A stretch of 64,000 nucleotides of DNA from Minisyncoccota bacterium (GTDB taxonomy: Bacteria > Patescibacteriota > Microgenomatia > UBA1400 > PJMF01), in assembly GCA_018646985.1 (NCBI GenBank), contig JABGTR010000004.1:2946-66945 (forward strand). Reading direction: 5' to 3'. The notes beneath the pieces are model-generated. The model searched no databases and had not been told where the DNA came from. It was given only the letters and a program-made list of their open reading frames with translations. Both the position numbers and the translations under genes were made by a program. Below are positions 29,653-38,560 of the stretch, in pieces (the stretch's first letter is position 1; every line of letters starts with the position of its first letter).

Positions 29653-31476
29653 TTACTTAAATTTGGCGTAAACTCGACGTACACCGGCACTACATGACTG
29701 TTCTTTAAAGAGCATAATCTGGCCAATTTCACCTATCTTACCAACATGAGGACCACCACAGAGCTCTTTAGAAATACCTTCAATTGTATAAACAGTCACC
29801 TCATCTGGGTATTTTTCAATAAAAAAAGCGACTGCTCCTTCATTAAGAGCTGCTTGTTTGCTCATGACTTGTTTTATGACCGGGAGATCACTCTTTATCC
29901 AGGTGTTAATTTGAGCTTCTATTTGATTAATTTCATCTTTAGTTAGAGCTTGAGGATGAGAAAAATCAAATCTTAAACGATCTCCATTGATATTGGAGCC
30001 TTTTTGTTCCACATGAGTGCCTAGAATCTTACGTAAAGCAGCATGAAGTAGATGAGTGGCAGTGTGATACTTAACCGTGGCCTCAGATTGATCACCCAAG
30101 CCACCTTTGAACTTATCAGTTGAAGCCTGACGGGACTTATCAGCGTGAGACTGCTTAAGTTGATTGAATTTAGTTTCAATATCATCTTCAATCTTCATAT
30201 CTCGACGTTGCGCTTCTTCTATAGACATCTCCAGAGGAAAACCATAACTCTCATAGAGGTTAAATGCAGTGGCGCTAGTCAAACTATCCAAGTCTTCTTT
30301 TTCAAAAACTCGCAAGCCTTTAGTTAAGGCTTTTTGAAATTTTTTCTCTTCTGTGGCGAAAATTTGTTGAATGTTTTTTACTTGATCAATAACTTTGGGG
30401 TAAGGAATTTGGTAGATAGCTGCTATGACGGGTACTAAACCAGAAACAAATTCATTCTCGATCCCAATCATCTGACCATAACGGATAGCTCTTCTAATTA
30501 AACGACGAGAAAAATACCCCTGCTCTTTATTGGACGGATAAACTCCGTCTGCAGCCAGCATAACTGCTGCCTTCATATGATCAGCGATAACTCTAAATGC
30601 TTGAGTGGTTTTTTCATCCTGATTATATTTTTTACCAGAAGTTTCTTCCAAATAACTAATTATGGGCATGAACAGTTCGGTTTTAAACACATCAGGATCG
30701 TTATTCATGGCTGCTAGAATACGCTCGAATCCACCGCCAAAGTCAATGTTTTTGTCTTCCAACTCCTTGAAGCCACTAGCTGTTTTGACATAAGTCATAA
30801 ACACATTATTGCCAATCTCTAGATAGCGACCGCAGTCACAATTGAGATGACATTCTTGATCAGAAAACTGCGAGTTTTCATGATCTTTGTAGTCTATTCC
30901 AAAATCATAGAAGATTTCACTGTCAGGACCACCTGGCTCTCCATTTGACATATTAGATGGCTCACCAACTCGAGACCACCAATTTTCATTTCCATAATAA
31001 TAAACTCGTTGATCAGTAATACTTTTTTTAGCAAATAAATCTTTCCAGATCTCAGCTGCTTCTTCATCGCGAGCAATACCTAACTCTTGATTTCCCTCAT
31101 AAGCTGTCACGAAGAGTCTCTCTGGATTTAGTCCACAGATATCTGTAAAAAACTCAAAAATCCATTCTAACTGCTCTTTTTTAAAATAATCTCCAAAAGA
31201 CCAATTGCCTAGCATCTCAAAAAAAGTAGTGTGACGATTGTCACCCACTTCTTCTATATCCTGAGATCTAAAGCATTTTTGTGAATTAACTACTCGTGTC
31301 CCTTTAGGATGAGGCTGACCTAAGAAATAAGGTAAAAGTGGCTGCATCCCTGAACCAGTAAAAAGGGTCGTTGGATCATTGTCTGGCACTAGAGAATCAG
31401 AGGGTAAAACGGCGTGTTTTTTTTGAACAAAAAAATCTAGATATGCTTGGCGAAGTTCGTCTGGAGTCATAGGCAC
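29653..31476 (-). CDS. alaS: alanine--tRNA ligase, truncated form lacking the C-terminal C-Ala domain
   Basis: 607 aa; class II AlaRS N-terminal catalytic core; C-terminal editing-domain motifs HTATHLLHAAL and CGGPHV; ends soon after the editing domain. Confidence 0.9.
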   Translation of the reverse strand: MPMTPDELRQAYLDFFVQKKHAVLPSDSLVPDNDPTTLFTGSGMQPLLPYFLGQPHPKGTRVVNSQKCFRSQDIEEVGDNRHTTFFEMLGNWSFGDYFKKEQLEWIFEFFTDICGLNPERLFVTAYEGNQELGIARDEEAAEIWKDLFAKKSITDQRVYYYGNENWWSRVGEPSNMSNGEPGGPDSEIFYDFGIDYKDHENSQFSDQECHLNCDCGRYLEIGNNVFMTYVKTASGFKELEDKNIDFGGGFERILAAMNNDPDVFKTELFMPIISYLEETSGKKYNQDEKTTQAFRVIADHMKAAVMLAADGVYPSNKEQGYFSRRLIRRAIRYGQMIGIENEFVSGLVPVIAAIYQIPYPKVIDQVKNIQQIFATEEKKFQKALTKGLRVFEKEDLDSLTSATAFNLYESYGFPLEMSIEEAQRRDMKIEDDIETKFNQLKQSHADKSRQASTDKFKGGLGDQSEATVKYHTATHLLHAALRKILGTHVEQKGSNINGDRLRFDFSHPQALTKDEINQIEAQINTWIKSDLPVIKQVMSKQAALNEGAVAFFIEKYPDEVTVYTIEGISKELCGGPHVGKIGEIGQIMLFKEQSCSAGVRRVYAKFK

Positions 31477-31479
31477 AAA

Positions 31480-31815
31480 TTATACACCTTTGAAATGTTT
31501 TTGTTTTGCTTGTCGATTATAAATCCTCTTCTTGCGTGGCGCCTTTTCTTTTTTGATTTCAGCTGGTTCAACCTCTAACTTCTTTAGCAGCTCATCCTTG
31601 GCTAGCTGAATTAGATCACCTAAGTTATCAAATTTAATATCCTTACCCAAGACTCCTTTATCAGTTAAATGCTGCTGCGCACTTTCCCATTCGCTAACTA
31701 GTTTTTTTCTAGTTTTTTCACCCCGCTTGGTTCCAAATAGATAATAGCCAACCACACCAGAGAAAAGACCTAAAGAAAAACCGGGTACGAATGAACTATG
31801 GTTATTTTTTTCCAC
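31480..31815 (-). CDS. YtxH-like small membrane protein
   Basis: 111 aa; N-terminal hydrophobic segment, then GTKRGEKTRKKL and a charged helical tail, as in the YtxH family. Confidence 0.45.
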   Translation of the reverse strand: MEKNNHSSFVPGFSLGLFSGVVGYYLFGTKRGEKTRKKLVSEWESAQQHLTDKGVLGKDIKFDNLGDLIQLAKDELLKKLEVEPAEIKKEKAPRKKRIYNRQAKQKHFKGV

Positions 31816-32086
31816 TAGCTTTAGTTTCCTTATCTTTATTTAACCAGCCTACAAAAGCCTCAAAAACCTTCATCCCTGTTCCTAAGCCTGAAGCAAGACC
31901 AGAAATTTTCTGCAAAGGAGCTGCTATGGCCGCAATTTTGGCATCAGCAGTTTCTAGCGCATCATTAACCTTCTTGAGCGTCTTTTTTAATTCTAGTAAA
32001 ACTAATACCATCTGCACCCCAACCACACTTAAAACGATGGTTAAAGCTACTAAAGCAACGGCAAAAATTGTTGGAACTAAGTCCAT
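31802..32086 (-). CDS. DUF948-like small membrane protein
   Basis: 94 aa; N-terminal TM helix plus coiled-coil; 14-nt overlap with the downstream YtxH-like gene (the ytxG/ytxH-type pairing seen in Firmicutes). Confidence 0.4.
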   Translation of the reverse strand: MDLVPTIFAVALVALTIVLSVVGVQMVLVLLELKKTLKKVNDALETADAKIAAIAAPLQKISGLASGLGTGMKVFEAFVGWLNKDKETKASGKK

Positions 32087-32131
32087 AATAATCCTTTCAT
32101 AAATAGATAAGTCTAATATAGCAAATCTAGA

Positions 32132-32776
32132 TCAAAACTTCACCCGGACTGAGCGCTGAACCAAGATAGTCTTACCACGACGGTCCTGGGACTCTATCGA
32201 GATGGTATTTATTCCTTCACGAGGCAAATAAACTTCTGTCTCAAAAGAACCGTCTGTTTGCAAAGCCACTGGTTGAGAATTAACAGTTACAATCGCATCA
32301 ATGTCAGTCTGCCCACTCACACCAACTCTAGCAGCAACTAAAGAATCTTCTATTGGCAACATTATCTTCAGCTCTGGAGGCTGAGCTAACAGATACCATT
32401 GAAAACCAGCGTAGCTAATCAAGGTAATGAAAGTTAAAGCTAGTCCTAGAACTACAAAAGTAGCTGGACCCCAATTTTGACGCTTCTTCAGGATAGGTTT
32501 AATAAATTCACGAGGCACCAACCGTCCCTTAACACTTTCTTTAAAATCCCTCCTTAGAAGAGCTACTAAAGGCTGATGGTCAAAACCAAATAATTGAGAG
32601 TAAATTTTAATATAACCCCTCACAAAGGTAGCTGCTGGGAGTTGATCAAATTGGTTATCCTCTAAAGCTCGCAAATACTTCTCTTTAATCCGAGTTTTTT
32701 TAGCCAACTTCTCAATTGATAAGCGGTGTTTTTCCCGCTCATCTCTTAAAATTTCACCAATGGTTTTGGTTTTCAT
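32132..32776 (-). CDS. rodZ: RodZ-like cytoskeleton protein (XRE-type HTH, TM helix, C-terminal domain)
   Basis: 214 aa; N-terminal HTH (TIGEILRDEREKHRLSIEKLAKKTRI), central TM helix and a beta-rich C-terminal domain. Confidence 0.65.
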   Translation of the reverse strand: MKTKTIGEILRDEREKHRLSIEKLAKKTRIKEKYLRALEDNQFDQLPAATFVRGYIKIYSQLFGFDHQPLVALLRRDFKESVKGRLVPREFIKPILKKRQNWGPATFVVLGLALTFITLISYAGFQWYLLAQPPELKIMLPIEDSLVAARVGVSGQTDIDAIVTVNSQPVALQTDGSFETEVYLPREGINTISIESQDRRGKTILVQRSVRVKF

Positions 32777-32780
32777 AAGT

Positions 32781-33227
32781 CTAGACTGCTAAAGCTTGAC
32801 GCACTAATGACGAAACTCGCCCGCCATCAGCTTTACCTTGCACTTTAGCCATTACCTGACCGATTGTGGGTCCCATTTCTGGATTTTCTAAACTGCTCAA
32901 AACTTCATCGACAATCTTTTGAAGATCTTCATCTGACATTTGTTCTGGCAAATAAGATTTAAGTATTTTCAACTTAGGCTCTTCTTCTGCCACCAAATCA
33001 TCTCTACCAGCTTTTTGGTACTCAGCAATAGATTCTTTAACTTGCTTGACTTGTTTGGCAATAATTTTTTCAATCCCAGCGTCATCCTGCTCACCGTTAT
33101 CTATTTCAAAATTTTTGATCTCTGATCTTAAAAAACGAACTACGCCCAGCTTAACCTTGTCACCAGCCTTCATGGCCTGCTTCATATCTTCTACTAATTG
33201 TTGACTAAAAGACATATTTCCTTTCAT
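32781..33227 (-). CDS. GatB/YqeY domain protein
   Basis: 148 aa; MSFSQQLVEDMKQAMKAGDK... typical YqeY helical protein. Confidence 0.8.
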   Translation of the reverse strand: MKGNMSFSQQLVEDMKQAMKAGDKVKLGVVRFLRSEIKNFEIDNGEQDDAGIEKIIAKQVKQVKESIAEYQKAGRDDLVAEEEPKLKILKSYLPEQMSDEDLQKIVDEVLSSLENPEMGPTIGQVMAKVQGKADGGRVSSLVRQALAV

Positions 33228-33311
33228 CTAAATATTGAGTAAGTAGTCTCGATTGTAGCATGGGTAATGCTATACTTAAGTTTGAGTAAAAAATATTACT
33301 GAGGGAAAATT

Positions 33312-33878
33312 ATGAAGAAACCTTTTTTAACACTTGGCGCAGTAGCAGTAGTTTTGGGAATGTGGCTCATGGGAACCTACAATGGCTTAGTCGGACTAGG
33401 GCAACAAGTTGATGGTCAATGGGCTCAGGTAGAAACTCAATATCAACGTCGCTTTGACTTAGTCCCTAACTTAGTTGAGTCAACAAAAGGGTTTTTAACC
33501 CAAGAAAAGGAAGTTTTTTCCAATATTGCAGAAGCTAGGCAAGGCTATGCCGGAGCCGGCACTGCTAATGAAAAAGTAGCTGCTACTAATGAGATGGAGT
33601 CAGCTCTTAGTAGATTGTTAGTTATTGTGGAAAACTACCCTGAGCTTAAATCTAACCAAACGGTTCAAGACTTAATGGTTGAACTGGCCGGGACTGAAAA
33701 TAGAATTAGTGTCGAACGAAAACGCTATAACGACACTGTTAAAGGCTACAATATTAAAGTCAAAACATTCCCTACCATGATGGTAGCCAATATGTTTGGT
33801 TATGCTGAAAAACCTTACTTCGAGTCTATAGAGGCAGCTGAAACTGCCCCAGCAGTTAATCTAAATTTAAATGATTAA
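33312..33878 (+). CDS. LemA family protein
   Basis: 188 aa; N-terminal TM helix plus conserved LemA blocks (YNGLV..., RRFDLVPNLVE). Confidence 0.85.
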   Translation: MKKPFLTLGAVAVVLGMWLMGTYNGLVGLGQQVDGQWAQVETQYQRRFDLVPNLVESTKGFLTQEKEVFSNIAEARQGYAGAGTANEKVAATNEMESALSRLLVIVENYPELKSNQTVQDLMVELAGTENRISVERKRYNDTVKGYNIKVKTFPTMMVANMFGYAEKPYFESIEAAETAPAVNLNLND

Positions 33879-34770
33879 AAAACTAGCTTTGGGATTTCTC
33901 TTACTTTTAGTTGGAAGTCTGATTTTAGTATCTCCAGTAAAAGCATTTTCCATACCTAACTATGAAGGCTTTGTGAATGATTATGCCGATGTTCTATCTG
34001 TGGAATTGGAAGAGCAGCTAGAAACTGAGCTCCAAACTACAGCTGAAGCCTCTGATGGAGCAGAAATTGCGGTGGTGACTATTAATAGTCTAGATGGCGA
34101 TACAGTGGAAAATGTGGCTCAAGAGTTTTTTGATACTTGGAAAATTGGTAAAAAACATCTTGATAATGGGGTGTTGTTACTGGTCTCTGTTGAAGATAGA
34201 AAGCTGAGAATTCACGCTGGCTATGGAGCTGAGTCGGTGATCACTGATGCTGAGGCAGGCCGAATTATTAGAAATGTAATTACTCCAGAATTTAAGAAAA
34301 ATGACTATGAGTCTGGAATCAGACAAGGAGTAGCTGCAATTGAGCAACAGTTTATCGATAGCCCTGGTTTTGCTCCTGGTATAAACCCGATTAATAAAGA
34401 CTCTAGCCTACTTGATTCTTTCACTGAAGCTCTCAGTGGTGTTATTGCAGCAGTGATGGGAATGTCTGTAATCACCTACATAGGAGCTTGGTTGGGCAGA
34501 AGCAAAGCCTGGTGGCCCGGTGGCCTCTTAGGAGTAGGACTAGGAATACTAATCGGCAACGTGCCTGCTGGAGTTTTCTTTGGTATCTTTGGCTTAATCT
34601 TAGATTTCATCTTATCTGCAAATTATAAATCTCTAAAGAAAGCTAAAAAATCGACAGGTTGGAAAAATACTTGGGGAGGATTTAGCACTGGTTCTTCTTC
34701 CAGGTCTTCTGGAGGCTCTAGTTTTGGTGGCGGCTCTAGCGGTGGCGGTGGTTCCAGTGGGAGCTGGTAA
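33871..34770 (+). CDS. TPM-domain (TLP18.3/Psb32-type) putative phosphatase with Gly/Ser-rich C-terminal tail
   Basis: 299 aa; signal/TM segment; YVNDYADVLS motif; two C-terminal TM helices and a GGSSFGGGSSGGGGSSGSW tail; 8-nt overlap with lemA (the common LemA-TPM pair). Confidence 0.8.
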   Translation: MIKKLALGFLLLLVGSLILVSPVKAFSIPNYEGFVNDYADVLSVELEEQLETELQTTAEASDGAEIAVVTINSLDGDTVENVAQEFFDTWKIGKKHLDNGVLLLVSVEDRKLRIHAGYGAESVITDAEAGRIIRNVITPEFKKNDYESGIRQGVAAIEQQFIDSPGFAPGINPINKDSSLLDSFTEALSGVIAAVMGMSVITYIGAWLGRSKAWWPGGLLGVGLGILIGNVPAGVFFGIFGLILDFILSANYKSLKKAKKSTGWKNTWGGFSTGSSSRSSGGSSFGGGSSGGGGSSGSW

Positions 34771-34773
34771 CCC

Positions 34774-35514
34774 ATGACAAGAAAACTTTCTCCATACGAA
34801 AAAACTCATCTTCAAAGATTTGGTAAAGGTGACATAGATATTGCTGATTATGGTGAGATGCCAGTAGAGTACATCACTGGTAAAGTAGAATTTGGAGAGC
34901 AAGTTTTTGAAGTTAATAAAAATGTATTAATTCCCAGAGTAGAGACTGAAGAGTTTGTTAATTTGGCTTTAGAAAAAATTGAGAAAGAAGAAGTGACTAT
35001 TGCGGATGTAGGTTGTGGGAGTGGTGCAATTGGGATTAGCGTCTGGCTAGAACTACAAAAAAAAACTGTGGCTACCCAAATGTATTTAAGTGATATTTCA
35101 GCCGAAGCCATCAAAGTAACTAAGAGGAATGTTAGTAATCTAATTGAAGAGGATGAAAATATTAAAATATTTAAATCTGATTTACTAGAAAGCTATCCCA
35201 AAGATGTTAAGTTTGATTTAATCATGGCTAATCTACCTTATATTCCATCTGGGAGAGTAGCGATTCTGGATGAATCTGTCAGAAAATATGAGCCACACTT
35301 AGCTCTCGATGGTGGTGAAGACGGATTAAAACACATTGAGAGATTGATCAAGCAAGCTAAGGATAGACTAAACCCTGGTGGAGTAATTTTACTTGAGGTA
35401 GATTACACCCACGATGATGAATACCTAAGGAGAAAACTAGCACTAGATGATATGCAGCTAGAAACTAAACAAGATCAGTTTCAACGAATGCGGTTTGCGA
35501 TAATAATCAACTAA
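34774..35514 (+). CDS. class I SAM-dependent methyltransferase, HemK/PrmC-like
   Basis: 246 aa; SAM motif I VGCGSGAIG; motif IV ANLPYIP, a variant of NPPY. Confidence 0.55.
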   Translation: MTRKLSPYEKTHLQRFGKGDIDIADYGEMPVEYITGKVEFGEQVFEVNKNVLIPRVETEEFVNLALEKIEKEEVTIADVGCGSGAIGISVWLELQKKTVATQMYLSDISAEAIKVTKRNVSNLIEEDENIKIFKSDLLESYPKDVKFDLIMANLPYIPSGRVAILDESVRKYEPHLALDGGEDGLKHIERLIKQAKDRLNPGGVILLEVDYTHDDEYLRRKLALDDMQLETKQDQFQRMRFAIIIN

Positions 35515-36504
35515 CTATTTTTCCCGCCTCAGATTTACTTCTGAAAATTCTTTTAACATCTTCCTGAACTCAACTACCCTTAACTCTTTAATTTGCTGCT
35601 GAGAATTTACTTCTAATTTTTCTAAGTCATTATTTACCAATTCAACAATTTGATGCTTTTCCATCAAACTCAATATCTCTTCCACTCCGTTTTCTGCAAA
35701 AGTCCCTGGCGCCTTTTTCTCTAAGTAATAATAGTAGAGGGTTTTTTTTCCTTCACGGATATCTGCTCCAACTGGCTTACCAGTTTTTTGTTTATCTCCA
35801 AACAATCCTAGCTCATCATCCTTAATCTGAAAAATTAAACCTAAAGTTTTTCCTAATTCATTTAATTGAATCACAAACTCTTCACCTTGCTCTGCTAAAA
35901 CTGCTCCCGCCATCAAAGGCAGACTAATTGTATAGCTAGCTGTTTTATCCAAATACATCTGAAAAATGCTCTCTTTGGTAATAACCTCACCATTCATTAA
36001 TGCCAACTCCACATCATGCATCTCACCTAAAGCAACTAGGCCAAAATGTTGAGAAAATAACTTTATCAAGCCACCGCTCAATAACTCGTAAGCTAGAAAG
36101 AAAACTAAATCCCCAGCACAGGTCGCCAAGCTAGCTCCCGTATGAGCTGGCTGCTGATATTTTTTCTGTTCGGATCGCTGAGTATATTGATGATGAAGGG
36201 TGGGCTGACCACGACGCAGTTCATCCTGATCAATAATGTCATCGTGAATTAAAAAACCAGTTTGAGCTAACTCTAAAGCTGTTGCTGCTTGCAAAGCTTC
36301 CTGACTATATTTTTTACCAGTTAACTTCTCGTAGGCATTCATCAACAAACTCCCGCGCAACATTTTGCCACTGGTGGCTAAGGGTATTAATCGCTCAAAA
36401 ACATCCTCTGAAAAATGTGAATCTTTTAGTTCCAACTTCTGATGTGTTAAAAAACTAATTAAAAAATCTGAGATCTCTTTTTTATATGAGATAAAATGCT
36501 GCAT
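35515..36504 (-). CDS. polyprenyl diphosphate synthase (trans-isoprenyl diphosphate synthase family)
   Basis: 329 aa; first DDxxD motif (LIHDDIIDQD) and second Asp-rich motif (KDDELGLFGD). Confidence 0.85.
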   Translation of the reverse strand: MQHFISYKKEISDFLISFLTHQKLELKDSHFSEDVFERLIPLATSGKMLRGSLLMNAYEKLTGKKYSQEALQAATALELAQTGFLIHDDIIDQDELRRGQPTLHHQYTQRSEQKKYQQPAHTGASLATCAGDLVFFLAYELLSGGLIKLFSQHFGLVALGEMHDVELALMNGEVITKESIFQMYLDKTASYTISLPLMAGAVLAEQGEEFVIQLNELGKTLGLIFQIKDDELGLFGDKQKTGKPVGADIREGKKTLYYYYLEKKAPGTFAENGVEEILSLMEKHQIVELVNNDLEKLEVNSQQQIKELRVVEFRKMLKEFSEVNLRREK

Positions 36505-36533
36505 AAGCTATATCTTATCACCCTCATGACTTA

Positions 36534-37778
36534 TTGGGACAAAGTGGTTATAATACAACCCATATGACAGACTACCAACCATCACAAAAAATCTTAAACA
36601 AATATGCTCAAGTACTCATTAACTGCGCTCTTAATTCTGGTGAAGGAATTAAAAAAGGTGAAGTAGTTAAAATAGTTGTTCCAGACATTGCTAAACCTCT
36701 GGCCCTAGAACTCCAAAACGTAACTCTGAAAGCTGGTGGTCACCCCATGCTCCAGCTTATCCCAACTGAATTTAGTAAAGATTACTACTCGTTAGCAAAT
36801 GATAAACAACTGACTTTTTTTCCCAAGAAATATCTTCAAGAACGAGCTAAATTAATCGATCACCAAGTCATCATCATTGCTGATCCCGATCCTTTTGAGC
36901 TAAAAAATATTGAACCAAAAAAAATCATCAAGGCTCGTGATGCTAAAAAAGAATATCGTGAGTGGCTAGATGATAAAGAAAGTAAAAACAAATTTACCTG
37001 GACCATCGGTCTGTGGGGTGTACCTGCTAAAGCCGAAATTGTCGGATTATCTCTCAAGGAATATTGGAATCAAATCATCAAGGCTTGTTTCTTAGACAAA
37101 AAAGACCCAATTACAGAGTGGAAACATATTTTTAAAATGCAGCACTCAATTAAAAAAACACTCAACGAAATGAGCATCGAGTGGTTAGAAGTCAAAGGAC
37201 CTGATGTAGATCTGAGGATTAAGTTGGGTGCTGATCGAATTTGGAATGGTGGTAGTGGACGAAATATTCCTAGTTTTGAGTTCTTTACCTCTCCAGATTG
37301 GCGTGGCGTAGATGGTTGGATTCAGTTTAATCAGCCTCTCTACCGCTATGGCAATGTGATCGAAAATGTTTATTTAAAATTAGAAAAAGGCTTAGTTGTC
37401 GAAGCTAAAGCCAAAACTGGCAATAAAATTTTACAAGAAATGCTCAAGAGTCCTAATGCTAATAAGATCGGTGAGTATTCACTGACTGATAAGCGAATGT
37501 CACGCATTACTCATCCTATGGCAGAAACCTTATTTGATGAGAATGTCGGTGGCCCATTTGGTAATACCCATCTGGCAGTCGGAAAAGCATATAAAGATTG
37601 TTATCGTGGTGATCCTAGCACTATTAGTAAAAAACAGTGGGAGAAGATGGGTTTCAATGACTCTGCAGAACATACTGATATCGTCTCTACCACCGATCGT
37701 ACCGTAACTGCTCACTTAACTGATGGCAGCCAAAAAATAATCTATGAAAAAGGGATGTTTACTTTTTATAAGGAATAA
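36534..37778 (+). CDS. aminopeptidase, M29 (AmpS/PepS) family
   Basis: 414 aa; N-terminal LNKYAQVLINCALN... and overall pattern of thermophilic-metalloprotease-type aminopeptidases. Confidence 0.6.
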   Translation: MGQSGYNTTHMTDYQPSQKILNKYAQVLINCALNSGEGIKKGEVVKIVVPDIAKPLALELQNVTLKAGGHPMLQLIPTEFSKDYYSLANDKQLTFFPKKYLQERAKLIDHQVIIIADPDPFELKNIEPKKIIKARDAKKEYREWLDDKESKNKFTWTIGLWGVPAKAEIVGLSLKEYWNQIIKACFLDKKDPITEWKHIFKMQHSIKKTLNEMSIEWLEVKGPDVDLRIKLGADRIWNGGSGRNIPSFEFFTSPDWRGVDGWIQFNQPLYRYGNVIENVYLKLEKGLVVEAKAKTGNKILQEMLKSPNANKIGEYSLTDKRMSRITHPMAETLFDENVGGPFGNTHLAVGKAYKDCYRGDPSTISKKQWEKMGFNDSAEHTDIVSTTDRTVTAHLTDGSQKIIYEKGMFTFYKE

Positions 37779-38555
37779 ATGATTATTAAATCTCAAACAG
37801 AACTAGCTACTTATAAAAAAGCCACTCAACTTTCTAAAGAAATTTTGTCTCAGCTACGAGAAGCTATTAAACCTGGGGTTTACCCGATTGAACTAGATAT
37901 CTTAGCTGGTGAGCTATGCAAAAAGAATGGGGTGAGATCGTCTTTTAAAGGTGTGGTAAGCGGTCATCTAACCTATGGTTTTAACAGCTGCATCTCTGTT
38001 AATGATGAAATTTTACATGGAATCCCCAGCGATAAAAGAAAAATTCAAGCAGGTGATTTAGTCAAAATCGATTTTGGAATTATTTATCAAGGTTTTTATA
38101 CAGATCATTGTTTTACCGTGGGAGTAGGCAGCATTTCAGCTGAAGATCAAAAACTGTTAGAAATTGGTCGTGAAGCAGTTTTGAATGCAGTCAAACTAGC
38201 TAAGCCAGGAAATACAGCTGGAGACCTAGGATTTGCCATGCACAACACTTCTTATAAAGCTGGTTTTGATACTCTCAAACAATACGTGGGCCACGGTATT
38301 GGAAAAAGTCTTCATGAAAATCCTGAAATCCCAGCTTTTGGTAAACCTGGGGCAGGGGCAAAGCTTGAAAAAAACATGATTATCTGTGTTGAGTGTCAGG
38401 TTGTAACTGGTGATGATCGAGTCTATATCGAAAATAATGGTTGGACAGTTAAAACTAAAGACAGCGGCAAAGGAGTCATGTTTGAGTACATGGTCAGAGT
38501 TGACAAAAAACCAGAGATCTTAACCCCAACGCAAGACTGGCCACTAACAGTTTAA
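37779..38555 (+). CDS. map: methionine aminopeptidase type I
   Basis: 258 aa; pita-bread-fold metal-ligand blocks (D...D...H...E...E; YVGHGIG). Located away from the spc/alpha operon. Confidence 0.9.
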   Translation: MIIKSQTELATYKKATQLSKEILSQLREAIKPGVYPIELDILAGELCKKNGVRSSFKGVVSGHLTYGFNSCISVNDEILHGIPSDKRKIQAGDLVKIDFGIIYQGFYTDHCFTVGVGSISAEDQKLLEIGREAVLNAVKLAKPGNTAGDLGFAMHNTSYKAGFDTLKQYVGHGIGKSLHENPEIPAFGKPGAGAKLEKNMIICVECQVVTGDDRVYIENNGWTVKTKDSGKGVMFEYMVRVDKKPEILTPTQDWPLTV

Positions 38556-38560
38556 AAAAG

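Noticed and set aside
29604-29732. Upstream 43 codons of the long ORF 27450..29732 (MKLARLCSLKNSHVVPVYVEFTPNLSKINRIVLFGFKLRYSNN)
   Set aside because: This stretch overlaps the 3' end of alaS on the same strand in another frame. The internal ATG at 29603 gives a non-overlapping gene, so the extension is treated as an ORF-caller artefact.
31477-31479. Possible T-box leader upstream of alaS
   Set aside because: There is no intergenic space: the upstream gene ends 4 nt before the alaS start.
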